From Pseudomonadota bacterium (GTDB lineage: Bacteria > SZUA-182 > DTGQ01), in the NCBI GenBank assembly GCA_030625085.1, contig DAOURK010000008.1, positions 2,024 through 66,023 on the forward strand: a DNA stretch of 64,000 nucleotides, written 5' to 3'. Position numbers and translations under genes: made by a program. Under the pieces are notes generated by a model. That model was not told the DNA's origin and searched no databases. It saw only the letters and a program-made list of their open reading frames with translations. Numbering within the stretch: the first letter of the stretch is position 1; each line of letters starts with the position of its first letter. Shown piece after piece: positions 29,313 through 38,156 of the stretch.

Positions 29313-30560
29313 CTAATTTTTCCCTGAATGGCAAATCTTACATCCCGTGTTTTTACCATCATCGGCCTCCACCTGCTCATAATCCCAGCGAAGGATGTCT
29401 GGATAGGGTGAGGCATGGGCCCGATGACAGGAAAGACACATCACCTGATCATTGCCTCCATATCCGTTCCCTGTGCTTACCTTAAGTCTCTCAGAAGGAG
29501 TTATATAAGGCTCCAGATTTTTCCTGGCTACCGGGGCATCTAAATTATATTCCGTGTAGGCATCAAATTCTCCTCCCTCCGGCAATCCGATATGCGCAGG
29601 GTGTCTAAACCAGGGGCTGGCATTCACTCCCTCAGGGGAGGTTTTATCTTTAGCATGAAAATTCCCATGACAACCCCCGCAAGAATCACTTATCGAGTGG
29701 TCCGGATCGGCAGAGGTTGCATCTACATTACTTCCCTTATATTGATTAATTGGATAGTCATCCCCTTTTGATTGCTCCCAGTCGTAAGATTCAATGCCGT
29801 GAATTCCACTAATTTCAGCATCATGCCCCTTCAAAAAACGATAACAACCCACAGTATGATCCACTATGAGATTATAATCATCCGGGTTATTACTGACATG
29901 ATCTTCCGCATGATGGCTCTTTCTTATATTAGTATGGCAGCTTTTGCAGCCGCAATAAGGTTCATCGATAAGCGCCTGGTCACCGTTTAAGTTATGATCT
30001 CTTCCATTAAGATATTTATGGCAAGGAATACATGTGCCGGCATAAAGTCCGCTTTCCGTTCTGCCGGGGGCATCGTCCAACTCGGAATCCTTGAGGGAAA
30101 TACCCTCTGTTGCATCGATCCCACCAGGGCCGGCCAAAATATTGTGCCCTCTATCATCCCCAAGCGTCATCCAATAAAAATTACCACCTGCAAGTTCCTT
30201 ACCATCAGCCGGCTGTTGAGTATTATAGACAATGGGAATTCTGCTTGTCCCCGGATCAGCCGGATCGCCTCCCACATATTTAATGGTCTCGCTTCCCGTG
30301 TTGGAGTGACACCCGATACAATCAACCTTAGTTAAGGCGGAACCAGGCAGAGTGCCGCCGCCGATACCGTAGTTGACTGGATTTTGTATGTTTTCGGACG
30401 TCCCTTCCTGGCTGGTGTGCATAGTATGACAATTGTCACAATTTCCGGTAACCTTGGCCATGGAACGGGCCGGATTCGTAAATATGACTAATACGGCGAC
30501 AATACAACAATGCATAATAAAATGTAAACAGTGTTTATGCGCCTTTCCTTTCCCTCTCAC
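29313..30560 (-). CDS. OmcS-like cytochrome c, 7 CxxCH
   Basis: AKVTGNCDNCHTMHTSQ, LAGGNF..GHN..APG, ISDSCGGCHGNFH, WFRHP, VMCLSCHRAHAS, terminal CKICH: the OmcS motif order. Confidence 0.85.
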   Translation of the reverse strand: MRGKGKAHKHCLHFIMHCCIVAVLVIFTNPARSMAKVTGNCDNCHTMHTSQEGTSENIQNPVNYGIGGGTLPGSALTKVDCIGCHSNTGSETIKYVGGDPADPGTSRIPIVYNTQQPADGKELAGGNFYWMTLGDDRGHNILAGPGGIDATEGISLKDSELDDAPGRTESGLYAGTCIPCHKYLNGRDHNLNGDQALIDEPYCGCKSCHTNIRKSHHAEDHVSNNPDDYNLIVDHTVGCYRFLKGHDAEISGIHGIESYDWEQSKGDDYPINQYKGSNVDATSADPDHSISDSCGGCHGNFHAKDKTSPEGVNASPWFRHPAHIGLPEGGEFDAYTEYNLDAPVARKNLEPYITPSERLKVSTGNGYGGNDQVMCLSCHRAHASPYPDILRWDYEQVEADDGKNTGCKICHSGKN

Positions 30561-30704
30561 TTTAGCCCCCTTTCAACCCCCCATGTTAAATTACATAGTT
30601 TCATAAGTATACAAATAATCTTTTTGTTTTACAAGTAATAATCGGGTTTACCCACCAATTCTCATTTTGAACTTTTCGTTTTAAAAAACTCACTAAAACA
30701 ATAC

Positions 30705-31754
30705 TCAATCGATTATCCGAAACAATTCTACTCGTTTATTAAATAAATCTGCCACAGCCAACATACCATTTTTAGTTACGGCTAAATCCTGGGGGTGATT
30801 AAACCATCCGTGGTCAGTTCCACTCCCCCCGAATTCAGCTAAATAAGAGCCGTCACTATCATATACATTCAGGCAATGTCTCATATAATCGGTAATATAG
30901 ATCCTCCCCTTTTGGTCAACAGCAATGCCTCTTGGTCTGCTTAATGTGCGCGGGACGCCGCCTTTTCTTCCAAATTTAAATAAAAATTCAAATTTTTGAT
31001 TATATACAAATACCCTTCCCAGGGTTTCGCTTAATAAATAAATATTATCTTCTTTATCCAAAGCCAGATCACGAATCACCACCGGCTTGGGCTCTTTGCC
31101 CCTAAGGGCATCTATGGGGGTTAACATTCCGGAAAAAACCCCTTTTTTATCTAACACCACCACCCCCGGTTGGGTATAGCCGGCAAGATAGATTTTTTTC
31201 TCTTTATCTAAGGCTATAGCATTGGGGACAAAGGTTTTTGCTCCTTTAAACCCTTCAAATTGTATGGTCTTAATCTTCTTGCGATTAAAATTGAAGACCG
31301 AAATGAATGAGGATTTTTTTTCTGCAGAATTCTCTACGGCATAGACCTCTCCTTCTTCACTCACGGCAAAAAAAAGCGCGGAAATAAGACCCTGGCCTTT
31401 AGAAAGCGTGGCGCTTGGTTGGTATAAGTCACTGAAGATATAAAGTGTTTTAGCACCATCCCCCAGTATATACATTTCATCATAAGCATCGATATAAATA
31501 CAGGTAGGAGATCCTATTTTCTTTGTTTCGAATGCAGCCAAAGTGGAGGTATATTGAATCTGCGGTTTCTTGGGAGATTCAGCACAGGTTGCCTTTCCCT
31601 GAATGGCGCTGAAAAACAGAATGAGCGCCAGGATAAAAATCTTCCTGATAAATAGCGCCTGAACGCCTCCCCCTTTTTTGGTCCTTTCAACGACGTCAGA
31701 TTTCTCGCATTGCTTTTGATTTATTTTCATTCGGTCACTCAAGAGCAGTGCCAT
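30705..31754 (-). CDS. NHL-repeat beta-propeller protein
   Basis: LSRPRGIAVD..GRIYITDYMRH, GWFNHPQD, VADLFNKRVE; paralog of 33008 and 36963; start uncertain. Confidence 0.85.
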   Translation of the reverse strand: MALLLSDRMKINQKQCEKSDVVERTKKGGGVQALFIRKIFILALILFFSAIQGKATCAESPKKPQIQYTSTLAAFETKKIGSPTCIYIDAYDEMYILGDGAKTLYIFSDLYQPSATLSKGQGLISALFFAVSEEGEVYAVENSAEKKSSFISVFNFNRKKIKTIQFEGFKGAKTFVPNAIALDKEKKIYLAGYTQPGVVVLDKKGVFSGMLTPIDALRGKEPKPVVIRDLALDKEDNIYLLSETLGRVFVYNQKFEFLFKFGRKGGVPRTLSRPRGIAVDQKGRIYITDYMRHCLNVYDSDGSYLAEFGGSGTDHGWFNHPQDLAVTKNGMLAVADLFNKRVELFRIID

Positions 31755-31791
31755 TAGATAAAATCCCTTCTTGGCAAAGCCTGTAAAAATT

Positions 31792-31831
31792 AAAATCAAA
31801 GAAAGAGGGCCAACCCTCTTCCTTTGATTTT
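31792..31831 (-). terminator. Strong stem-loop after the OmcS-like gene (terminator or mRNA stabiliser)
   Basis: 18-bp stem around a 4-nt loop; the one mismatch is a G-U pair on the minus-strand RNA; U-rich tail follows. Confidence 0.7.
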
Positions 31832-31837
31832 TACCGG

Positions 31838-32887
31838 CTATCTCTGGTTATTATGACAGCTTAAGCATCCGGGGACATCCCCATCGCCGGCAATCTGTAA
31901 ATCATAGTCAAATCGTAAAATATCATTATTCCCCGTGCCGTGGGCTCGATGACAGGACAAGCAGGTAACCCTTCCTACCTTCGTTTCATCTGCCTCGGCA
32001 AATCCCAGAGGATTATTCACTCTGTCCTCATCATCATAATTTGTATCATGTGCAGTACCATTATCATTGACGATTCCCCAGGTCTCCTCGTAACCTCCGC
32101 CTGTATGGGGGATATCAATATCTGTAGGATGGCGGACAAAGGGCGATGAGCCCTGTAAATGAAAATTACCATGGCATTTTCCGCAAAAATCACTAATAGT
32201 TACCTCATCCTCTCCAGCGCTATAGACATTATAATTAGGGTCCGATGAAGCACCGGTAATTAAACCTTCTTCATAATCGCCACACCCCTTACCAACAACA
32301 GGGTCCCCATCTACATAAAGCATCCGATAGGTGGAACTAACATTGTGATGCCCTTTTTTGATTGCTTCAGTATCATCAACTGAGGTTTGATTTCCATGAC
32401 ACCCTGTGGCTCCGGCGCAGGTGAACTTATGTTCACCGCCGTCATCTCCCTTATACCAATCCTCCCCAGAGGGATTATATCCCACAGGTGTTTCCGTACT
32501 CCCCAGGGTATGACTATTATCATCATGGTTTTCATCGTCAGTATCATCAGTAAAAAAGCCACCGGCCAGACACTGACCATCACTTAAAGCCGTACCTTGA
32601 ACAAAAGGCGTATGATAGGTATCATCACGGGGATCGGTGCTGCCGTCCGGCGCAGTATGGCAACCGATACAATCATCTTTCAATAAGATTTCATAGGGCC
32701 CCTCCATGCCGTATTCCAGAGGAACGGTGCCATTCTGGCTGTAATGCATAGTATGACAATCATTGCACGAGCCGCCGACATCGGCCCCGGCAATATTTCC
32801 GGTAGCCACTATAATCAAACATGATACAGCTAAAACCATAGAATTTAATATGATACTTTTTATCTGTTTGGTGATATGTTTCATCAT
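31838..32887 (-). CDS. OmcS-like hexaheme cytochrome c (one CX5CH)
   Basis: CNDCHTMHYSQ, LAGGFF, CAGATGCH, ISDFCGKCHGNFH, FVRHP, VTCLSCHRAH, terminal CLSCH; very acidic; GGAGG RBS. Confidence 0.85.
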   Translation of the reverse strand: MMKHITKQIKSIILNSMVLAVSCLIIVATGNIAGADVGGSCNDCHTMHYSQNGTVPLEYGMEGPYEILLKDDCIGCHTAPDGSTDPRDDTYHTPFVQGTALSDGQCLAGGFFTDDTDDENHDDNSHTLGSTETPVGYNPSGEDWYKGDDGGEHKFTCAGATGCHGNQTSVDDTEAIKKGHHNVSSTYRMLYVDGDPVVGKGCGDYEEGLITGASSDPNYNVYSAGEDEVTISDFCGKCHGNFHLQGSSPFVRHPTDIDIPHTGGGYEETWGIVNDNGTAHDTNYDDEDRVNNPLGFAEADETKVGRVTCLSCHRAHGTGNNDILRFDYDLQIAGDGDVPGCLSCHNNQR

Positions 32888-33007
32888 TACTCTAACCTCC
32901 TATAACCTCTCTTTTAACCTTAAAGTTAACTCCAGGATTATGCCTTCCGGCACAATCAGACCTATCTTCATTGTTTTTTTATTTGGCCGGCCGATTTACA
33001 CCTCCCT

Positions 33008-34045
33008 TCATTTTTTTCTATGTTTAGTTTGAAATATCTGTACTCTTTTATTGAACGTATCGGCCACAAACAACCTGCCTTTATTGTCAATACATATATC
33101 TTTGGGATAACTGAACCATCCCGGCCCCCAGCCTTCGCCCCCGAACTCATTCATGAACTCACCGGAAGAATCAAATGTTAAGAGGGTGTGTCGCATGTAG
33201 TCCATGACGTAAGTCACGCCATCTGCGGGATCAACAGTGAGCCCCTGGGCTCGGCTCAGTTTGCCGGGGCTTCCGCCTTTTTTGCCGAATGCCCGTATTT
33301 TTTTCTCTCCTTTGATATCGTATACGTGAACCTGACCGTGCCATTCGCTCAAAAGATAGATATGGTCTCCTTTCAGGGTTACTCTGTTCACATCCGCTTT
33401 CTTTTCCTCTCCGCTTCTTTTTTTTCCAAAGGGTTCAATGGCCCTTATAAATTCGCCCTTTCTATTTAAGATAATCAGCTTTCCACAAGAGCCGCCGGCA
33501 AGGTAGAGATTCCCTTTCTCATCTACGGCTATGTCCCTGGCCCTAAAGCTTTTGGCCCCGGCAAAGCCTTCAAAACGTATTGTTTTCCTCTTGCGGCCAA
33601 GGGGATCAAAAACCAGAATCAGGCCCTTCCCCGCATTACAGGTGATTTCTTCGGAAACATAGATCATCCCCTTGGTATCCACAGCCACACTTAAGGGAGA
33701 CTTAAGCCCATGAGATTTATCTATTACTGATATGGGGATAAAATTCTTGTCATAAATCAACACCTTCTGAAGACCGCTATCCAGGATATAGATCTCTCCG
33801 TTTTGGGTGACGTAGACATCGGTAGGAAATTGTAACGAGACATCCATCCCCGATTTAATGGCATCTAAATAAGTAATTTTTTTCTTATCAAAGGCGTAAC
33901 AGGTGATGGGTGCTGCTATGATGAACAATAGGGAGGAGAGGATTGATATCAAGCACAGCAAGGCGCAAACAGACAATCGCCGGGGAGGGATTTGTCTTTT
34001 TGTTGTTTCGGTAGTTTCTGTTGTTAGACTTAAGATGCTTAACAC
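33008..34045 (-). CDS. NHL-repeat beta-propeller protein
   Basis: FPTDVYV, LSRAQGLTVD..YVMDYMRH, GWFSYPKDI, VADTFNKRVQIF. Confidence 0.87.
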   Translation of the reverse strand: MLSILSLTTETTETTKRQIPPRRLSVCALLCLISILSSLLFIIAAPITCYAFDKKKITYLDAIKSGMDVSLQFPTDVYVTQNGEIYILDSGLQKVLIYDKNFIPISVIDKSHGLKSPLSVAVDTKGMIYVSEEITCNAGKGLILVFDPLGRKRKTIRFEGFAGAKSFRARDIAVDEKGNLYLAGGSCGKLIILNRKGEFIRAIEPFGKKRSGEEKKADVNRVTLKGDHIYLLSEWHGQVHVYDIKGEKKIRAFGKKGGSPGKLSRAQGLTVDPADGVTYVMDYMRHTLLTFDSSGEFMNEFGGEGWGPGWFSYPKDICIDNKGRLFVADTFNKRVQIFQTKHRKK

Positions 34046-34162
34046 TGCCTGATACCTATAAAATCAACTTTGTCTAAATAGGCCGGGTTACTATTCTTTG
34101 GTCATTTTTTGTCTTTTCGATTTATTTTTAGATTTATTTTTAGTCATTTCGATTTATTTTTT

Positions 34163-34197
34163 TGTCATTTCGAGGAGCCTTAGCGACGAGAAATCTT
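34163..34197. repeat. Half copy of the TGTCATTTCGA element
   Basis: TGTCATTTCGAGGAGccttAGCgACGAGAAATCTT matches the left arm at 9245; preceded by degenerate GTCATTTCGATTTATTTT stutters. Confidence 0.65.
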
Positions 34198-34209
34198 CAA
34201 ATTCGAGAA

Positions 34210-34231
34210 AGTGTATGGGGATTTTTACACT
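34210..34231. promoter_or_regulatory. Palindromic regulator site, copy 1 (AGTGTA-N10-TACACT)
   Basis: AGTGTATGGGGATTTTTACACT followed by AAT; second copy at 34504. Confidence 0.55.
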
Positions 34232-34503
34232 AATTGCGCATTTTGGCGAGATTCTTCTGTCAAAAAATCGTGAAGAACTGGTCCCCCCTTGTGATCCTAG
34301 ATGCTGTATGGTTTTTATTACAGTTAAATTTTAATTCGGGCAGATTTGTGCACAATAAAATTGTATACCTTATAAACTTTATCGGTTAATTAGTCAAGTA
34401 TTATCTGTATGTGCTGCTAATAAATTTAAAAAAATGTGGGGTGACTCGGTAGGAATTTATGAAGGGAAAAATGCAATGCTGATTTTAGAGGCCGGTTTTA
34501 TCG

Positions 34504-34525
34504 AGTGTAAGGTTTTTTTTACACT
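34504..34525. promoter_or_regulatory. Palindromic regulator site, copy 2
   Basis: AGTGTAAGGTTTTTTTTACACT followed by AAT; same length and arms as 34210. Confidence 0.55.
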
Positions 34526-34861
34526 AATATCCCGTTTTGGGAAAATTTGTTCCCAATCATCATTAACTTTCCTGAAAATTGAATGCTCATAACCCGCCTT
34601 TTTCCCATTTAATTAATAAAATTATGCATTGTCTTTCATATCTTAAATTGGATCAAAAAAATAAATAAAGCTATTAATAACAAAGAGTTATCTTAATTAA
34701 ATACAAAATATATAAAAATATGCAAATTTCTTCATAATTTCTAATACGAATATACGTAAATTATTACCCGTTTTGGTGAATTGATAAGGGAAACACCCCT
34801 AAAAATTAACAATTATATTATTAATGGATATTTATTCTATTTAATTGGAGTATTTTCTCAA

Positions 34862-34876
34862 TGGCATAATTTTTGC
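34862..34876 (+). promoter_or_regulatory. sigma54 (-24/-12) promoter
   Basis: TGGCATAATTTTTGC has the exact GG-N10-GC spacing of TGGCACG-N4-TTGC, upstream of the + strand NHL/OmcS unit. Confidence 0.6.
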
Positions 34877-35042
34877 GGCCCTTCAAAGAAAACAATATTT
34901 TCCCCCCTTCGGGGAGTGTGTCAAATTTTAGCACCAATATATTTTTCACTATATATATAAAGGAAGGTATGGTTCAACAGTAAAGACACAGAAATTCCCC
35001 AAAAATCCATAAATATATTAAGTAAAAAATATATCTTAGACA

Positions 35043-35057
35043 AGGCACAAATTATGC
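35043..35057 (+). promoter_or_regulatory. Second, weaker sigma54-like promoter
   Basis: AGGCACAAATTATGC, GG-N10-GC spacing. Confidence 0.4.
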
Positions 35058-35251
35058 ATTTTATAGGTCACAAATAATCAAGAATTGGGTAGTAATTTCC
35101 AACTCATGAGCATGAGCGTGTGACCTCTAAGGACAAACTGTCAACAAAGTCCATCAATAAAGGCTTAAAAGGCAAAATCCCCGGCAAATGAAACGATACG
35201 TGTCTTTACTGCCATACCCGTAAGGATGGCTAAGGTTATTGAGGGTGGTTA

Positions 35252-35773
35252 ATGAGAGAGAGCTGTTTTTTAAAGAAAGCATTGCATGATACTTCAAGCA
35301 ATCGCGGTCGGATGAGCGCACAATCGACTGAACCCTCGATTGTGCACGGATCTTCTCACACCACATATCCTAAAGGCTCAGTCCCCGCTCATCGGTGGGT
35401 CATCGATAATCGATCCGCCATCTTTAATCAAAGGACAATTGCCAGCCTATGTGCAATCTCCGGTCGAATTTTAATCGTTTCGGCCATTCTCCTTTTCTTT
35501 CTTTGTTCGTATTTGTGTGTTTTCGCCCAGGAGGCAGAATATGACAAAGACAAGATAAAGTATCTGACCGCCATTCACGCATATGGCGAAAGAGATTCAT
35601 TTAGCCGCCCTACGGATATATTTGTTGATTCTCGCGGGGATATTTACCTGGCCGATTTTTCAAAAGCATCCGTCTTTATCTTTGACAGCGATTTTATGCC
35701 TGTGGCCAAAATAGACAAGGTCAACGCCGCCCCTGGCCAGATTGCATTCAGCAAAAGGGATCAGGGTTTATAA
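35252..35773 (+). pseudogene. Truncated NHL propeller paralog of 36963-37913
   Basis: Matches 36963 through RPTDIFVDSRGDIYLAD...AKIDKVN (52 bp identical), then a +1 shift and a stop; only about one blade remains. Confidence 0.78.
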
Positions 35774-35834
35774 ATCAAGGTTGTAAGAGGAACACAAACA
35801 AGGTTGTAGGGTAGGGAAAGTAGGTATATCAGAA

Positions 35835-36959
35835 ATGATGAAAGACCTAAAACTTATTTACCGAAGATCGCTATCGATTCATTATTTATTATTTGTGGTG
35901 ATTATTATTGCCTGCTTATCCCGGATACTTCAAAGACAGGCCAAGGCCAAGGTAACAGGCGAATGTGTGAACTGCCATACCATGCACAACAGCCAGGATG
36001 GGACCGCTGTGGATCCAAATGGGCCGAATCAGTATTTGCTTTCAAAATACTGTGTGGGCTGCCATTCGGCTACTGATGGATCTACATGGAAGGACCCTAT
36101 CACGGGGGCCCCCATTGTATATAACACGGCAGAGCCGTCTTACAATACGCAAAAGGGCCTGGCCGCAGGAAATTTCTATTACGTGGCGCAGGATCAAAGT
36201 AAAGGACACAACGTTACTGATATCCCGGGAGTGAGCAAAGATGACAATTTTCCGCCAACCCCTGGCCGCTGGGACGATGACGAAGACAATACGAAGAATT
36301 GTGGGGAGTGCCATGATCAGGGCCCGTCCTTACTTGTCGGCAGAACCTATCAAAATGTGTATTACAGCGGCTGTGAGTTTTGCCACGGTATATATGGTTC
36401 GCATCATGCTGATGATACTATTATTGACGGCCTTACTCAAGGCACAAGTTACCGCTTCCTGAAGACCTATGTCCACTGGGGTCATTCCGCGATCACAGGG
36501 GTTAAAGGCATTGAAGATAATGACTGGGAAAAAACCGTTGACCCAAACGATCATAATGAATATTGCGGAAAGGATGGCATAACGGAATCAAAACACTCAA
36601 TAAGTAGATATTGCGGCCATTGCCATGGAAAATTCCATGGAGCAGAGGATACCGGAAGCGTCTCTCCCTGGATTCGGCACCCCTCAGAAAATGACTTGCC
36701 GAGTGGCGACACTGAATATGCAGAGTATACCATTTATAATCCCGAGGCGCCCATTGCCAGGGATCCGGCGATTCTTGCAACCATGAACGGGCCTTCCAGA
36801 GAAGTAACAAGCGATGACCAGGTCTCGTGCATCTCCTGCCACAGGGTACATGGCAGCCCTTACGCTGATATACTCAGATGGAATTATAGCACTATGAAAG
36901 TGGGCGGAACAACAACCGGCGGATGTTTTACCTGCCATACCACCAAGAATGGTTTATAG
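35835..36959 (+). CDS. OmcS-like cytochrome c, 7 CxxCH
   Basis: AKVTGECVNCHTMHNSQ, LAAGNF..KGHN, ISRYCGHCHGKFH, WIRHP, VSCISCHRVHGS, terminal CFTCH. Confidence 0.87.
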   Translation: MMKDLKLIYRRSLSIHYLLFVVIIIACLSRILQRQAKAKVTGECVNCHTMHNSQDGTAVDPNGPNQYLLSKYCVGCHSATDGSTWKDPITGAPIVYNTAEPSYNTQKGLAAGNFYYVAQDQSKGHNVTDIPGVSKDDNFPPTPGRWDDDEDNTKNCGECHDQGPSLLVGRTYQNVYYSGCEFCHGIYGSHHADDTIIDGLTQGTSYRFLKTYVHWGHSAITGVKGIEDNDWEKTVDPNDHNEYCGKDGITESKHSISRYCGHCHGKFHGAEDTGSVSPWIRHPSENDLPSGDTEYAEYTIYNPEAPIARDPAILATMNGPSREVTSDDQVSCISCHRVHGSPYADILRWNYSTMKVGGTTTGGCFTCHTTKNGL

Positions 36960-36962
36960 CAT

Positions 36963-37913
36963 ATGTTAAAAAAGAAGGTTTTTAGAATAATGAAAATTAA
37001 AGGGATTGTGGCTTTAGTCATCTTATTCTCTTGCTCTCATGTCTTTGCTCAGGCGGGATATGAAAAAAACAAGATAAAGTTTCTGACCGCCATTTACGGA
37101 TACGGGGAAAGAGATGCATTTGACCGCCCCACGGACATATTTGTTGACTCTCGCGGGGATATTTATCTGGCTGATAGTTATAAAAAGGCAATTTTTATCT
37201 TTGACAGCGATTTTATGCCTGTGGCCAAAATAGACAAGGTCAACGGCTTGCTGGCCAGACCGCTGAGTGTGGCTGCAAATGATGAGGGGGTCCTCTTTGT
37301 TTCAGAAGAGTCAATAGGAAATAAACCCGGACGACTTCTTTCTTTTAATTTTAGAGGGGAATTCAAAAAACAGATTAAATTTAAAGGCTTTAAAGGGGCT
37401 GATAGGTTTTCTGCTCTTGATATGGCCGTGGATAAAGAAGGCAATCTGTACCTGGCCGGAGGCAAAGCCGGCCTGGTCATTTTAGATAAAGCCGGCAGGT
37501 ATTTAAAAACTATCCGGTCGGGCAGTATCAATAGCGAATATATAAGGTGTGTGGAGGTAAAGGGCGGAAATATCTTTGTCTTTAATTCAGGGACCTGCCG
37601 TATTTATGTTTATGACCGGGAAGGCAACTTTATTATTAAATTCGGAAGGGCCGGAGGGGTTGCCGGCACATTAAGCCGCCCCCAGGGGTTGGCTGTAGAT
37701 AATCAAACAGGCTTGATTTATGTTGCTGATTATATGCGACACTGCTTGACTGTATATGATCAAAAGGGCAAATACCTTTTTGAATACGGGGGGCTAGGCA
37801 CAGGAGCGGGCTGGTTTAACTATCCTAAAGGCATCTTTATTGATCACGGGGGAAGATTGTTAGTGGTGGACACTTTTAATAAACGGGTCCAGGTTTTTAC
37901 TATGAGGGACTAA
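36963..37913 (+). CDS. NHL-repeat beta-propeller protein
   Basis: LSRPQGLAVD..IYVADYMRH, GWFNYPKGI, VDTFNKRVQVF; signal peptide. Confidence 0.88.
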   Translation: MLKKKVFRIMKIKGIVALVILFSCSHVFAQAGYEKNKIKFLTAIYGYGERDAFDRPTDIFVDSRGDIYLADSYKKAIFIFDSDFMPVAKIDKVNGLLARPLSVAANDEGVLFVSEESIGNKPGRLLSFNFRGEFKKQIKFKGFKGADRFSALDMAVDKEGNLYLAGGKAGLVILDKAGRYLKTIRSGSINSEYIRCVEVKGGNIFVFNSGTCRIYVYDREGNFIIKFGRAGGVAGTLSRPQGLAVDNQTGLIYVADYMRHCLTVYDQKGKYLFEYGGLGTGAGWFNYPKGIFIDHGGRLLVVDTFNKRVQVFTMRD

Positions 37914-38156
37914 AATTATTCTCTGATCATTTTGGCGAAGGAGGTGGTAAATTGAAAAATTTTTCATTTGGTTTTTATTATTGGGATGTATCAACTAAAG
38001 CCCAAAAAAATGTAAATGTAATAGAAGCGAAAGAGAGGTGATGCCAAAGGCTTATACCAAGACATGGATTGACTTAAGTATAGTCAATCTTATCGCGATC
38101 TAATGGCATTATTAAGCATTAGATCTTAACTTAAAAGGATCAGGAGGAAACAATTT

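Noticed and set aside
34098..34334. 78-aa hydrophobic ORF
   Set aside because: Made of T-rich stutter repeats and the palindromic element; no RBS
34046..35251. GEMM-I cyclic-dinucleotide riboswitch, expected by analogy with Geobacter omcS
   Set aside because: No recognisable GGCAAA...GAAA...GACGCAAA core found by eye; only a small GCCAT/ATGGC hairpin near 35211; needs an Rfam scan
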